A stretch of DNA of 64,000 nucleotides, taken from a virus. The stretch lies in IMG/VR virus record IMGVR_UViG_3300027833_000017, one strand, 5' to 3'. Each line of letters starts with the position of its first letter. The first letter of the stretch is position 1. The notes under the pieces were generated by a model. It was not told the DNA's origin and ran no database searches. It worked only from the letters and a program-made list of their open reading frames with translations. This document shows positions 17,739 to 26,256 of this stretch, piece after piece. Both the position numbers and the translations under genes were made by a program.

Positions 17739-19066
17739 AAATAGATAAAATTTATATTATAAGTTTGAATGCCGGAGATCCAAGTATTCAGAGAAACATT
17801 GCCACCAGGGTAGATCAACTTGGTATGCCATATTCTGTAGAATGGGAAATAGTTCAAGGTTTTGATGGAACTTCAGGTAATTTATTAGATGGACATAGTG
17901 TATATAATTTATGGAATTTAGGATCTGATTCATGGAATGATTGGTGGAAAAGAGATGTTACTGGTGGAGAAGCAGGTTGTGCAATTAGTCACTTAAGTAT
18001 ATGGAACAATATAATAGAAAACAATGTCAATTGTGCATTAATATTAGAAGATGATTTTGTTTCAGTAGCTCCGCTTACAAATCCAGTTATTCCAAATACA
18101 GAATGGGATATTGCATTTTTAGGTAGAAATGCTATATGTTCTAAGGATGAAAAAAGAATTGATGCAAGTAATAAATGGGTAACAGCTCTTAGTAGTTATA
18201 ATACACACGCGTATGTAATTAAAAGAGACACTGCAAAAATCCTAGTCAATGATTATAACTTTAAACAAAATCTAATTGCACCCGACGAATTCTTAACAGC
18301 AACATATACAGAGCATAGAAGACAAGATATTAATATACTGTTTCCACCAAAACTTAAAGCGATAGCTCCAGTTGATAATTGGATAGAACAAAATAGACCG
18401 CATGAACAATCTATGACAGAACCACATGATGCGAATATTAATTTATTGAAAACACAACCGTATTTCGAAATATTAGATGATAGTGATTGGGATTCATGGA
18501 AATCAAAATATGTAAACGAAACGGTGTCTAAGGGTGAATATGATTTAATGGTAGATGATATAGGAAATAATATTTATGAGTTTCCATTATTTACAGAAAA
18601 ATTCTGTAAAGAAGCCGTAGGTTTGGCAGAAGTTATGGATAAATGGACAAAAGACAGACACGAATTTTATCCAACAAACGATGTCTTATTACCAGAAATA
18701 GGATTAGATCATATTTATAATAGAGTTGTAAGAGAAATAGTTTCTCCTCTTTGTATACATTTATGGGAATTAGAAGGTGCAGGTTGGGACAATATGGATA
18801 CTGAAAACTTTATGGTAAGATACACTACTGATAGACAATCTCATTTAAGTTTACATCACGACTTTAGTCATATTACAATGGTAGTAAAATTAAACGATGA
18901 GTTTGATGGAGGCGGTACATGGTTTCCAAAATATAAAATATTATCAAATCCAAAATTAGTGGGCACTGCAACCATTCACCCAGGAATGATTACACATAAA
19001 CATGGTGCCAGACCAATACACAGTGGGAAAAGATACATTAATGTATCATTTATGAGAAAGAAATAA
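17735..19066 (+). CDS. Fusion: GT25 (COLGALT-like) glycosyltransferase + PLOD-like 2OG-Fe(II) lysyl hydroxylase
   Basis: N-half: IYIISL, GEAGCAISH, LILEDD, WDIAFLGR, SYNTHAYVI, DEFL. C-half: FPLFTEKFC, PTND, FMVRY, HHD, GGGT, HPGMITHKHG, GKRYINVSF. Start overlaps upstream stop (ATGA). Confidence 0.85.
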   Translation: MKIDKIYIISLNAGDPSIQRNIATRVDQLGMPYSVEWEIVQGFDGTSGNLLDGHSVYNLWNLGSDSWNDWWKRDVTGGEAGCAISHLSIWNNIIENNVNCALILEDDFVSVAPLTNPVIPNTEWDIAFLGRNAICSKDEKRIDASNKWVTALSSYNTHAYVIKRDTAKILVNDYNFKQNLIAPDEFLTATYTEHRRQDINILFPPKLKAIAPVDNWIEQNRPHEQSMTEPHDANINLLKTQPYFEILDDSDWDSWKSKYVNETVSKGEYDLMVDDIGNNIYEFPLFTEKFCKEAVGLAEVMDKWTKDRHEFYPTNDVLLPEIGLDHIYNRVVREIVSPLCIHLWELEGAGWDNMDTENFMVRYTTDRQSHLSLHHDFSHITMVVKLNDEFDGGGTWFPKYKILSNPKLVGTATIHPGMITHKHGARPIHSGKRYINVSFMRKK

Positions 19067-19081
19067 TTAATAAAAAATAAT

Positions 19082-19510
19082 ATGAAAAAAGAGATTACAT
19101 TTAACGAGATCGTTGGAGATGATGGGCATTTAGTATCACCCGTTTTAAAGAATGGTGCTAAGAATTATTTAATTGATATTGACGGTACAATTACAGATGA
19201 TGTACCAAACGAAGAGCCAGAAAGAATGTCAATAGTTTTACCATATGAAGGATCTGTAGAAACACTTAATAGATGGTATGACGAAGGACATGTTGTAACT
19301 TTCTTTACTTCAAGAACTGAAGGCGTAAGAGAGATTACAGAAACTTGGCTAAATAAACATGGTTTTAAATATCATGGACTATTAATGGGAAAACCAAGAG
19401 GTGGTAATTATCATTGGGTTGACAACCATATTGTTAAGGGTACAAGATATGAAGGTAAATGGGCAGACCTGGTTAGAGAAGAAAGAACGATAGAAGTATT
19501 TCCTTCGTAG
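19082..19510 (+). CDS. HAD-superfamily phosphatase
   Basis: IDIDGTI motif I, FTSR motif II, GKP, WVDN. Confidence 0.8.
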   Translation: MKKEITFNEIVGDDGHLVSPVLKNGAKNYLIDIDGTITDDVPNEEPERMSIVLPYEGSVETLNRWYDEGHVVTFFTSRTEGVREITETWLNKHGFKYHGLLMGKPRGGNYHWVDNHIVKGTRYEGKWADLVREERTIEVFPS

Positions 19511-19517
19511 ATATATA
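19510..19517 (+). promoter_or_regulatory. Putative late promoter GATATATA, 4 nt before ATG
   Basis: GATATATA-ttaa-ATG(19522). Confidence 0.55.
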
Positions 19518-19521
19518 TTAA

Positions 19522-20454
19522 ATGAGAAGTATATACACATTTAAGGATTTTCTTTTAGAAGCTGATGAAAATGATCAACTTAAAAAAATCTGCATCGCAG
19601 TTTCTGTAGAAATGCCAGATAATAAATATGTGTATGATTCTAAATATAATGTCTCAAAGGTATTTGAATTATTAGATAAAAATAAAAAAGCAGAACCTTC
19701 TGAAATTCCAGTTCTTAATTATGCTAATTGGAAAATTGAGAAAATGATAAATGATGGATGGGATTCTAAATTTATTTATAATTCAATTGAAGCTAAACAA
19801 AGAGTTTCTTCCAAAGTAAAATGGTGTAAGACTCATGAAAAATCTAAACATACGCCTAAAGTAGTTTTTGATAAATCAAATTTAAAAGAACTTAAATATC
19901 CTATTATAGCTAAACCAGATAACAGATATAGCGGCCAGGGTATTATGGTTTTTAAAGAAGAAAAAGATTTAGAAGGCGTTGATTTAGATCAGTTTTCAGT
20001 TTTCTCAGAAAAGATAAATATCGTAAATGAACTTAGAATTTATTGTTGGAAAGGAAAACCTTTGATGTTAGTATATAGAGTGCCTGCAAACGAAGAAACA
20101 AAAAACCTATCTAAAAAAGCGGATGATAAACTAGTATTTAATTACGAATTATCAAAATCACCTATAACAGAAAATTTAGTTGGTGTTGTTGAAGAATTTT
20201 CAAAAGAACACAATGATTTAGATTTTTATTCAGTAGATATTGTTATAGATGATAAAGATCATCCTTATGTTATTGAAATGTCATCAGAACCTGGACCAGT
20301 ATTTGGTGTTATGGGACATGTATATAAAGAAATGTATAAAGACTATTACGGAGAAGATATTTCAGATAAAACTAAAAAAATAATTGACGCTTATATAGAA
20401 GAGGATATTAATACAACGATTGCTTCAGATGAATCTAGATTCAAAAGAAGATAA
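19522..20454 (+). CDS. ATP-grasp (RimK-like) ligase with capsid-targeting-like N-terminus
   Basis: YPIIAKP..SGQGI, EKI..ELRIY, FYSVDIV..PYVIEMSSEPG; starts MRSIYTFKDFLLE. Confidence 0.75.
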   Translation: MRSIYTFKDFLLEADENDQLKKICIAVSVEMPDNKYVYDSKYNVSKVFELLDKNKKAEPSEIPVLNYANWKIEKMINDGWDSKFIYNSIEAKQRVSSKVKWCKTHEKSKHTPKVVFDKSNLKELKYPIIAKPDNRYSGQGIMVFKEEKDLEGVDLDQFSVFSEKINIVNELRIYCWKGKPLMLVYRVPANEETKNLSKKADDKLVFNYELSKSPITENLVGVVEEFSKEHNDLDFYSVDIVIDDKDHPYVIEMSSEPGPVFGVMGHVYKEMYKDYYGEDISDKTKKIIDAYIEEDINTTIASDESRFKRR

Positions 20455-20499
20455 ATCGAATAAATAAAAAGATAAATAGAAAGAATTAAAAATAGAATT

Positions 20500-20742
20500 A
20501 TGGCAGAACCTAATATGAACTGTATGATTATTAATGTGTGGATACATCACATGCAAATAGACGAATTATTCGATTTCTTAAATATGAGAATAGATCGTGC
20601 ACCATTTTATTGGTTAAACGAAGCATCGGTGCCTACGTCAATTACTGGTGGTTATGTTATGATTTCATTAACATATGATTCTTATTCTCATTTATCTTCT
20701 AACAGAAACTGGGACGAAGCTCCTGGTTGGATAAAACAATAA
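20500..20742 (+). CDS. Hypothetical protein
   Basis: 80-aa ORF preceded by GATAAATA (20471-20478). Confidence 0.6.
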   Translation: MAEPNMNCMIINVWIHHMQIDELFDFLNMRIDRAPFYWLNEASVPTSITGGYVMISLTYDSYSHLSSNRNWDEAPGWIKQ

Positions 20743-20743
20743 T

Positions 20744-20854
20744 ATGAAAAAACAAACAAACATGAAAGCGTTTCTTTTAAATTACAAAGGAGCGAAGTAC
20801 AAAGCTAACACACTTATTGGTGTTATTTGGAAGTTTATTATTAAGAAGAAATAA
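20744..20854 (+). CDS. Small basic hypothetical protein (36 aa), not in ORF track
   Basis: MKKQTNMKAFLLNYKGAKYKANTLIGVIWKFIIKKK; starts 1 nt after the upstream stop. Confidence 0.45.
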   Translation: MKKQTNMKAFLLNYKGAKYKANTLIGVIWKFIIKKK

Positions 20855-20878
20855 ACAAATCCTAAAAAGAGAGTATAA
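20852..20878 (+). promoter_or_regulatory. Putative middle promoter TAAAC-N17-TATAA
   Basis: Exact 17-nt spacer; upstream of the exonuclease. Confidence 0.6.
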
Positions 20879-20880
20879 AG

Positions 20881-20909
20881 AACGTCTAGATTAATCTAGG
20901 CGTTTTTTT
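20881..20909 (+). terminator. Intrinsic terminator
   Basis: aacgtctaga-loop-tctaggcgttttttt. Confidence 0.7.
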
Positions 20910-20926
20910 AGGATTAAAACAAATAT

Positions 20927-21670
20927 ATGTATACACTAAGCGAACTTCAACAGATGATCTTCATTGACATCGAAACTAGTACACAAAAAGAAACATTCCA
21001 GGAGATCATAGATGAGAACCCTGCTCTCGAAGAGTATTGGAATATAAAATCTACGCAACTTATTGAAAGTCAGCCAGAAACTCTTAAAGACTTTGCTGAT
21101 CCACATAAAATGTGGTCTCGTATGGCAGGACTTTATCCAGAATGGGGTAAAATAGTCTGTATTTCTGTGGGACAATTAAAGTTTGATGAGACTGGATTTC
21201 CTAATGACTTTAAAGCAATGTCATTTAGTGGAACAGATGAGGCTCAGGTTCTTAAAGACTTTTCACAAACTGCTGCCAAAATTATGCAGAAATATCCTAA
21301 AATGAAATGGGTTGGCCATAATATTAAAGGATTTGATTTACCTTATATTATTAAGAGATCATTGATTAATGAGGTACAAGTTCCCTCTGCATTTCATTTA
21401 CATAAACAAAAACCATGGGAAAACTGTTTACTAGACACACAAGATGTTTGGAAATTTGGTGGATGGAACTCTGCTAAATTAGGTTTAATTTCAGAACTGC
21501 TAGGTATTCCATCTCCTAAAGATGCAATGTCAGGACCAGAAGTAAACGAATATTATTGGAATGATAGGTTAGAAGAAATAAAAACATATTGTGAAAAGGA
21601 TATTCAAGCGACTGCTAACATTATGTTAAAAATGAGCGGCATGCCAATTATAGAAGGTGTTCCCTTTTAA
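20927..21670 (+). CDS. DEDD 3'-5' exonuclease (PolB-exo-like)
   Basis: FIDIET (ExoI), GHNIKGFDLPY (ExoII), YCEKD (ExoIII). Confidence 0.9.
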   Translation: MYTLSELQQMIFIDIETSTQKETFQEIIDENPALEEYWNIKSTQLIESQPETLKDFADPHKMWSRMAGLYPEWGKIVCISVGQLKFDETGFPNDFKAMSFSGTDEAQVLKDFSQTAAKIMQKYPKMKWVGHNIKGFDLPYIIKRSLINEVQVPSAFHLHKQKPWENCLLDTQDVWKFGGWNSAKLGLISELLGIPSPKDAMSGPEVNEYYWNDRLEEIKTYCEKDIQATANIMLKMSGMPIIEGVPF

Positions 21671-21791
21671 AATGACAATATGTCACTTAGTTCATAAAAT
21701 ATATGTCACTAAGTCTTAATACTCAGTTTGGTATAATATTTTCAGTATACTATACGAGCACGTTGCTCAAATAATTATAAAAAATCAAACT

Positions 21792-22151
21792 ATGTTTTAC
21801 ACAACAAGCGACCACATTGACAACATTTTTAGAGGAATACAAGAACCTCTATGGAAAACTGGAAAATTAATAAGTGATCATCTTACTGATTTTCATTACG
21901 AAGACGGAGTATTTACTATGGCACTTCCTGGATTTTCTAAAAAAGATTTAGAAATTGAAATGGAAGGATCTACTTTAAAAATCTCTGCAGATATTAAAGA
22001 AAAGGATGAAACACTATATAAAAAATCATTCGAAAAGAAATTTAGAGCATCTAATATAGATGTAGAAAGTGTAACCGCTACAATGTCTGATGGAATATTA
22101 ACTATCATGTTAGACAAGAAAGTAAATCCTAAAAAAATTAAAGTAATATAA
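21792..22151 (+). CDS. Small heat-shock protein Hsp20
   Basis: ALPGFSKKDLEI...A.MSDGILTI alpha-crystallin motifs. Confidence 0.9.
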   Translation: MFYTTSDHIDNIFRGIQEPLWKTGKLISDHLTDFHYEDGVFTMALPGFSKKDLEIEMEGSTLKISADIKEKDETLYKKSFEKKFRASNIDVESVTATMSDGILTIMLDKKVNPKKIKVI

Positions 22152-22153
22152 TT

Positions 22154-22179
22154 AAAGCGGCTTATGCCGCTTTTTTTTT
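22154..22179 (+). terminator. Intrinsic terminator
   Basis: aaagcggc-ttat-gccgcttttttttt. Confidence 0.9.
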
Positions 22180-22192
22180 AAAAAAATGCCAC

Positions 22193-22241
22193 CAGATTTT
22201 TTTATGTCATTTATTTGTGGTATATTAGCAGTATAATTAAA
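22193..22241 (+). promoter_or_regulatory. Conserved ~47-bp putative early promoter, copy 1
   Basis: cagatttttttatgtcatttatttgtggtatattagcagtataatt; four copies, each just upstream of an ATG. Confidence 0.75.
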
Positions 22242-22251
22242 CACATAAGAT

Positions 22252-22446
22252 ATGACAAATTTAGATTACGCTAAGATTAGCGACGTAGAAGTAGATGGTA
22301 TAGACACATCGGATTACCCAGATTTTTGTGATGCTTTTATTGCATACGCAGAATATGATGGTAAAGAAATGACAGACGAACAATTAGATTTATTAAACGA
22401 AGATTCTGATTTTGTTTATGAAGCTGTACAAAATTTTTTATTTTAA
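22252..22446 (+). CDS. Acidic phage hypothetical protein
   Basis: EVDGIDTSDYPDFCDAFI; directly after the promoter repeat. Confidence 0.7.
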   Translation: MTNLDYAKISDVEVDGIDTSDYPDFCDAFIAYAEYDGKEMTDEQLDLLNEDSDFVYEAVQNFLF

Positions 22447-22456
22447 TATATAATAT

Positions 22457-22768
22457 ATGAAAGAAGACGATTTTAATTTTGATGAATTTATGGAAAATAG
22501 CAATAGCGATTTTGAAATGAAACTTGAAGAATACAAAGATCGTATGATTCGATTAGCTATTGAAACTAATTACGCACAAATAGAAAAGAACGGTATTAAT
22601 GATTGGCATCTTAGGCATATGGATCCTACAGAATTAATTTCATTAAACGGAACTTTTAAAATGATGCTCGATTATTTTGAAGAAAACGAAGAATACGAAA
22701 AGTGTGCTAAGATTATGAAGCAACTAAATACTATGGATTCTATTATGTCTCCAAAGCGAGATATATAA
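22457..22768 (+). CDS. Hypothetical protein with C-terminal UVR-like motif
   Basis: YFEENEEYEKCAKI. Confidence 0.65.
   Translation: MKEDDFNFDEFMENSNSDFEMKLEEYKDRMIRLAIETNYAQIEKNGINDWHLRHMDPTELISLNGTFKMMLDYFEENEEYEKCAKIMKQLNTMDSIMSPKRDI
22760..22767 (+). promoter_or_regulatory. Putative late promoter GATATATA, 4 nt before ATG
   Basis: GATATATA-aagc-ATG(22772). Confidence 0.55.
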
Positions 22769-22771
22769 AGC

Positions 22772-23029
22772 ATGAAGTATATAAAATTATTTGAAGAGGA
22801 TAGAGTAGATCTTAAAAACGAAAATCCTCTTTTGATTAAAATAAGACATTTTGGTGGAAGTGTTAAAAGTCTTGATGATTGGTTAAGATCAAAGATAGGT
22901 GAAACAAATCCATATAAAGACACTATAATGGTAAACGGTCCACATATGGGAAAGAAAGATAAATCTTTGCCATATCAAGATTTCCAAAATGGAGAATCGG
23001 ATTTAGTAAATAATAATTATGGAAGATAA
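22772..23029 (+). CDS. Putative internal head protein (MKYIKLFEE N-terminus)
   Basis: N-terminal motif shared with 33212, 36690 and 37383. Confidence 0.6.
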   Translation: MKYIKLFEEDRVDLKNENPLLIKIRHFGGSVKSLDDWLRSKIGETNPYKDTIMVNGPHMGKKDKSLPYQDFQNGESDLVNNNYGR

Positions 23030-23249
23030 AATAGCAAAAGAAATAGCATTTCAATTAAAAAGAATAGCAGACGCATTAGAAAAATCTAATAAAAATTCGG
23101 AAACATCTGAAAAAAGAAATGCTGTTATTGGCAAACTTCAAGAAAAAAATCTAAAAGCAGATCTGAGAGAAAAACTTAATTTAGATCAAGCAGATTACAC
23201 ACCACATCCTAATTCTCCTAGATTTAAAACAGATGATGGATCCTTATAG
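23019..23249 (+). CDS. Hypothetical protein
   Basis: 76-aa ORF overlapping both neighbours; LKRIADALE coiled coil. Confidence 0.6.
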   Translation: MEDKIAKEIAFQLKRIADALEKSNKNSETSEKRNAVIGKLQEKNLKADLREKLNLDQADYTPHPNSPRFKTDDGSL

Positions 23250-24039
23250 TGTATTAGGTGTCGACAAAACATCTTCACAAGATGACATTAAAAAAGCATA
23301 TAGGAAATTAGCCAAAGAATATCATCCTGATAAAAACGATGGCAATGACGAAAGATTTAAAGAGATTGCAGACGCTTATGAAAAAATAGGTGATGATTCT
23401 TCGAGGCAAAAATATGACTCAGCCTCTAACTTTCAAAATTTTAACGGATTTAGTGATGGAAATATTAATATGTCAGAGCTTTTTGATCAAGTATTTGGCA
23501 ATGCATTTGGATCCAGACAATCGTCTAAGGGTCAAGATTTAAGATTAGATTTACATTTAAGTTTTGACGAAGCTTATGCTGGAACTTCTAAAAAGTTTGC
23601 AGTTAATGGTCAAGATATTAAAGTTGATTTTAAAGCTGGACTTAAAACAGGAATGAAACTAAGAGTCGCGGGAAAGGGACAACCTCATCAATATAATTCT
23701 ACACTACCAAGCGGTGATCTTATTATTCACATACATGTAATGCACAACAGTGATTGGATTTTACAAGACAATGATATTTGGTTAGATTTGAATCTATCAT
23801 GGGAAGATATATTCTTAGGAACTAAAGTAAATGTAAATACACCTGAAGGTCCACTCTATATTAATGTGCCTGAGAATAGTTATCCTGGAAAAGTTCTTAG
23901 AATCAGAGATCGAGGATATCCCGTATATGGCACCGAAAAAAAAGGTGCACTTTTATGTAAATTAAATGCTTCTTATTTTGAACTTAATTCCGAACAATTG
24001 GAATATATAAAGAAAGTAAAGAGCATAAAAGATGAATGA
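23233..24039 (+). CDS. dnaJ: DnaJ-family co-chaperone (class B, no zinc finger)
   Basis: DPYSVLGV...IKKAYRKLAKEYHPD J-domain, G/F region, C-terminal DnaJ domain. Confidence 0.9.
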   Translation: MMDPYSVLGVDKTSSQDDIKKAYRKLAKEYHPDKNDGNDERFKEIADAYEKIGDDSSRQKYDSASNFQNFNGFSDGNINMSELFDQVFGNAFGSRQSSKGQDLRLDLHLSFDEAYAGTSKKFAVNGQDIKVDFKAGLKTGMKLRVAGKGQPHQYNSTLPSGDLIIHIHVMHNSDWILQDNDIWLDLNLSWEDIFLGTKVNVNTPEGPLYINVPENSYPGKVLRIRDRGYPVYGTEKKGALLCKLNASYFELNSEQLEYIKKVKSIKDE

Positions 24040-24295
24040 TTATACGTTTAGCGACGATAGTAAAAAATGGTTTAGAATATTCGATGGACTCATAGTTAAC
24101 AATGAGGATATGTTTTTCAATGCATTATATATGGCCATTACACATCATCCAACTTATGTCATTGCTTCAGATTTAGAAGACGAGCGCAAGATCACTATTT
24201 TAGGTGCAATGTTAAAGCACTTTGAAAAAAAAGAAGAATTCGAAAAATGCGCCAGTATTTATAACATTAAAAAACAGATTAAAACAATATGCTAA
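24032..24295 (+). CDS. Hypothetical protein with C-terminal UVR-like motif
   Basis: HFEKKEEFEKCASI. Confidence 0.65.
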   Translation: MNDYTFSDDSKKWFRIFDGLIVNNEDMFFNALYMAITHHPTYVIASDLEDERKITILGAMLKHFEKKEEFEKCASIYNIKKQIKTIC

Positions 24296-24474
24296 TAATA
24301 GAAGTAGATAAGGGGAATATAGAAAGGGCACTGAAACAGTATAAAAGAAAGGTTAGAAATACTAAACAAATAAATCACTTAAGAGATCAACAAGATTTCA
24401 CCAAGCCATCAGCAAAGAAACGTCTTAAGATGCAAAAAGCCAAGTACTTGCAATCAAAAAATCAACCGGAATAA
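24289..24474 (+). CDS. rpsU: 30S ribosomal protein bS21
   Basis: MLIIEV..NIERALKQYKRK...FTKPS..R..K.Y matches Bacteroidota-type bS21. Confidence 0.9.
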   Translation: MLIIEVDKGNIERALKQYKRKVRNTKQINHLRDQQDFTKPSAKKRLKMQKAKYLQSKNQPE

Positions 24475-24520
24475 TATATTAATAAATTATCCTAATATTT
24501 TAATTGATTTCTATATTAGG

Positions 24521-24547
24521 TAAACCGTATATTAATATATACTATAA
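24521..24547 (+). promoter_or_regulatory. Putative middle promoter TAAAC-N17-TATAA
   Basis: Exact 17-nt spacer; intergenic. Confidence 0.55.
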
Positions 24548-24588
24548 GAAGCAACTAAGTTGTAACTAAAAACAAAAGGTAATTTAAG

Positions 24589-24849
24589 ATGGCAGGCTTT
24601 ATTTCAAGTTCAGATAAAGATAGTTTGATGAGAGCTAGTTACTACCAGATAACTAGAAATTTTACTAAAACAGTAAATAGATTCATCGCATTCAAGGATA
24701 CAGATCGTATCGTTGAAATTCCTCATGGAATAAAACAGCGTTCTAAATTTATCGACCTAATGATTAAATACTTCGAATCATTAGAAGAGTACGAGAAATG
24801 TACTAAGCTGGTAAAACTAAAAGAACTTGTCATAATGGCAGGGGATTAA
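24589..24849 (+). CDS. Hypothetical protein with C-terminal UVR-like motif
   Basis: YFESLEEYEKCTKL. Confidence 0.65.
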   Translation: MAGFISSSDKDSLMRASYYQITRNFTKTVNRFIAFKDTDRIVEIPHGIKQRSKFIDLMIKYFESLEEYEKCTKLVKLKELVIMAGD

Positions 24850-24868
24850 TTATAAAAATAATTATTAA

Positions 24869-25576
24869 ATGAGTAGAGGAACAGAAAAGCAAACAAGACA
24901 ATCTAAAAACGGAACAATAGATTCCGGTTTAAAAAGAGTTACACTTAGACAGTCCCAACATAAATACGTACAACAAATAGAAGAAAACGAAATAACATTT
25001 TGTTACGGTCCAGCAGGAACATCAAAAACATTTACTGCATGTTTCGTAGCACTTAAATTACTACAAGAAAAGAAAATAAAAGAAATTATCCTTTGTAAAC
25101 CCATACAAGAAGCGGGTGAAAAGTTAGGATTTTTACCAGGAACAAAAGAAGAAAAGATCGACCCTTATATGAATTCGTATATTTCGAATATCACTAAAAT
25201 AGTAGGAGGTCAACAAGCAAAATATTTATTTGATAGCAAAACAATTAGATTTGAGCCACTTGCGTATATGAGAGGTGATACTTTTGATGATGCGCTTATG
25301 GTTTTAGATGAAGCACAAAATGCAACATTTAAACAATTAATGTTATTTGTAACTAGAATGGGTAAATCAAGTAAAGTTGTAGTTACAGGTGATGTCAGTC
25401 AACATGATATTGCTAAGCAGCAAGTAGGTTTACCAGGGTTCATAGAGATTATGCAGGATGTAAAAGGAATCGGTGTACATATATTTAGTAATAAAGATAT
25501 TGTAAGAGCTAAGATCTTACAGGAAGTCGTACAGAGATATGATGAGTGGAAATCAAAAAACGAAAACAAATTTTAG
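24869..25576 (+). CDS. phoH: PhoH-family ATPase
   Basis: GPAGTSKT, GEKLGFLPG, LAYMRG, LDEAQN, GDVSQHD. Confidence 0.95.
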   Translation: MSRGTEKQTRQSKNGTIDSGLKRVTLRQSQHKYVQQIEENEITFCYGPAGTSKTFTACFVALKLLQEKKIKEIILCKPIQEAGEKLGFLPGTKEEKIDPYMNSYISNITKIVGGQQAKYLFDSKTIRFEPLAYMRGDTFDDALMVLDEAQNATFKQLMLFVTRMGKSSKVVVTGDVSQHDIAKQQVGLPGFIEIMQDVKGIGVHIFSNKDIVRAKILQEVVQRYDEWKSKNENKF

Positions 25577-25602
25577 AAACATTTTAATGATTCCGTATAT
25601 AA
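25576..25602 (+). promoter_or_regulatory. Putative middle promoter GAAAC-N17-TATAA
   Basis: Exact 17-nt spacer; upstream of RNase HII. Confidence 0.6.
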
Positions 25603-25620
25603 GTACTAAACATACTATAT

Positions 25621-26256
25621 ATGGAATCATATCAAATCTTATTAAAGCATAGCCACTCTGGAAATCCAGACATAACCGAAATCGGATTAGACGAAGCGGG
25701 GAGAGGTGCTTTATCAGGACCAGTGACCGTAGCTGCATGCATCATGCCATACGGATTTCAACATGAACTTATTAAAGATTCAAAATTATTAAGTGAACCT
25801 CAAAGAGTAGCTGCAAGGCAGATGGTTTTAGATAACTGTATTGCATATTCTATTAAACATGTCAGTGTTGAAGACATTGAAAATACCAATATTTTAAAAG
25901 CAACATTAGAAGGCATGCGCAGATGTTTAGAAGATGTAAAAGATAATTTAATTGATTTTGATTTTATTCTTGTAGATGGAGATCAATTCCATGGGTTTGA
26001 TGGAATTCCATTTGAAACAGTAGTAGGTGGAGATAATACATATGTATCAATTGCTGCAGCTTCTATTTTGGCCAAAACAGAAAGAGATTTACTTATGAAA
26101 GAATTAAGTACGGATTTTCCAGCATACGGTTGGGGTTCAAATAAAGGATATGGTACTAAACAACATAGAGATGCTATATTAAGCGAAGGTGCAACACCTC
26201 ATCACAGAAATTCATTTATAAGTCATATGCTAACCAAAACTAATACATTGTTTTGA
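25621..26256 (+). CDS. rnhB: Ribonuclease HII
   Basis: GLDEAGRG, DSK, LVDG, SIAAASILAK, NKGYGT, HRNSF. Confidence 0.95.
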   Translation: MESYQILLKHSHSGNPDITEIGLDEAGRGALSGPVTVAACIMPYGFQHELIKDSKLLSEPQRVAARQMVLDNCIAYSIKHVSVEDIENTNILKATLEGMRRCLEDVKDNLIDFDFILVDGDQFHGFDGIPFETVVGGDNTYVSIAAASILAKTERDLLMKELSTDFPAYGWGSNKGYGTKQHRDAILSEGATPHHRNSFISHMLTKTNTLF

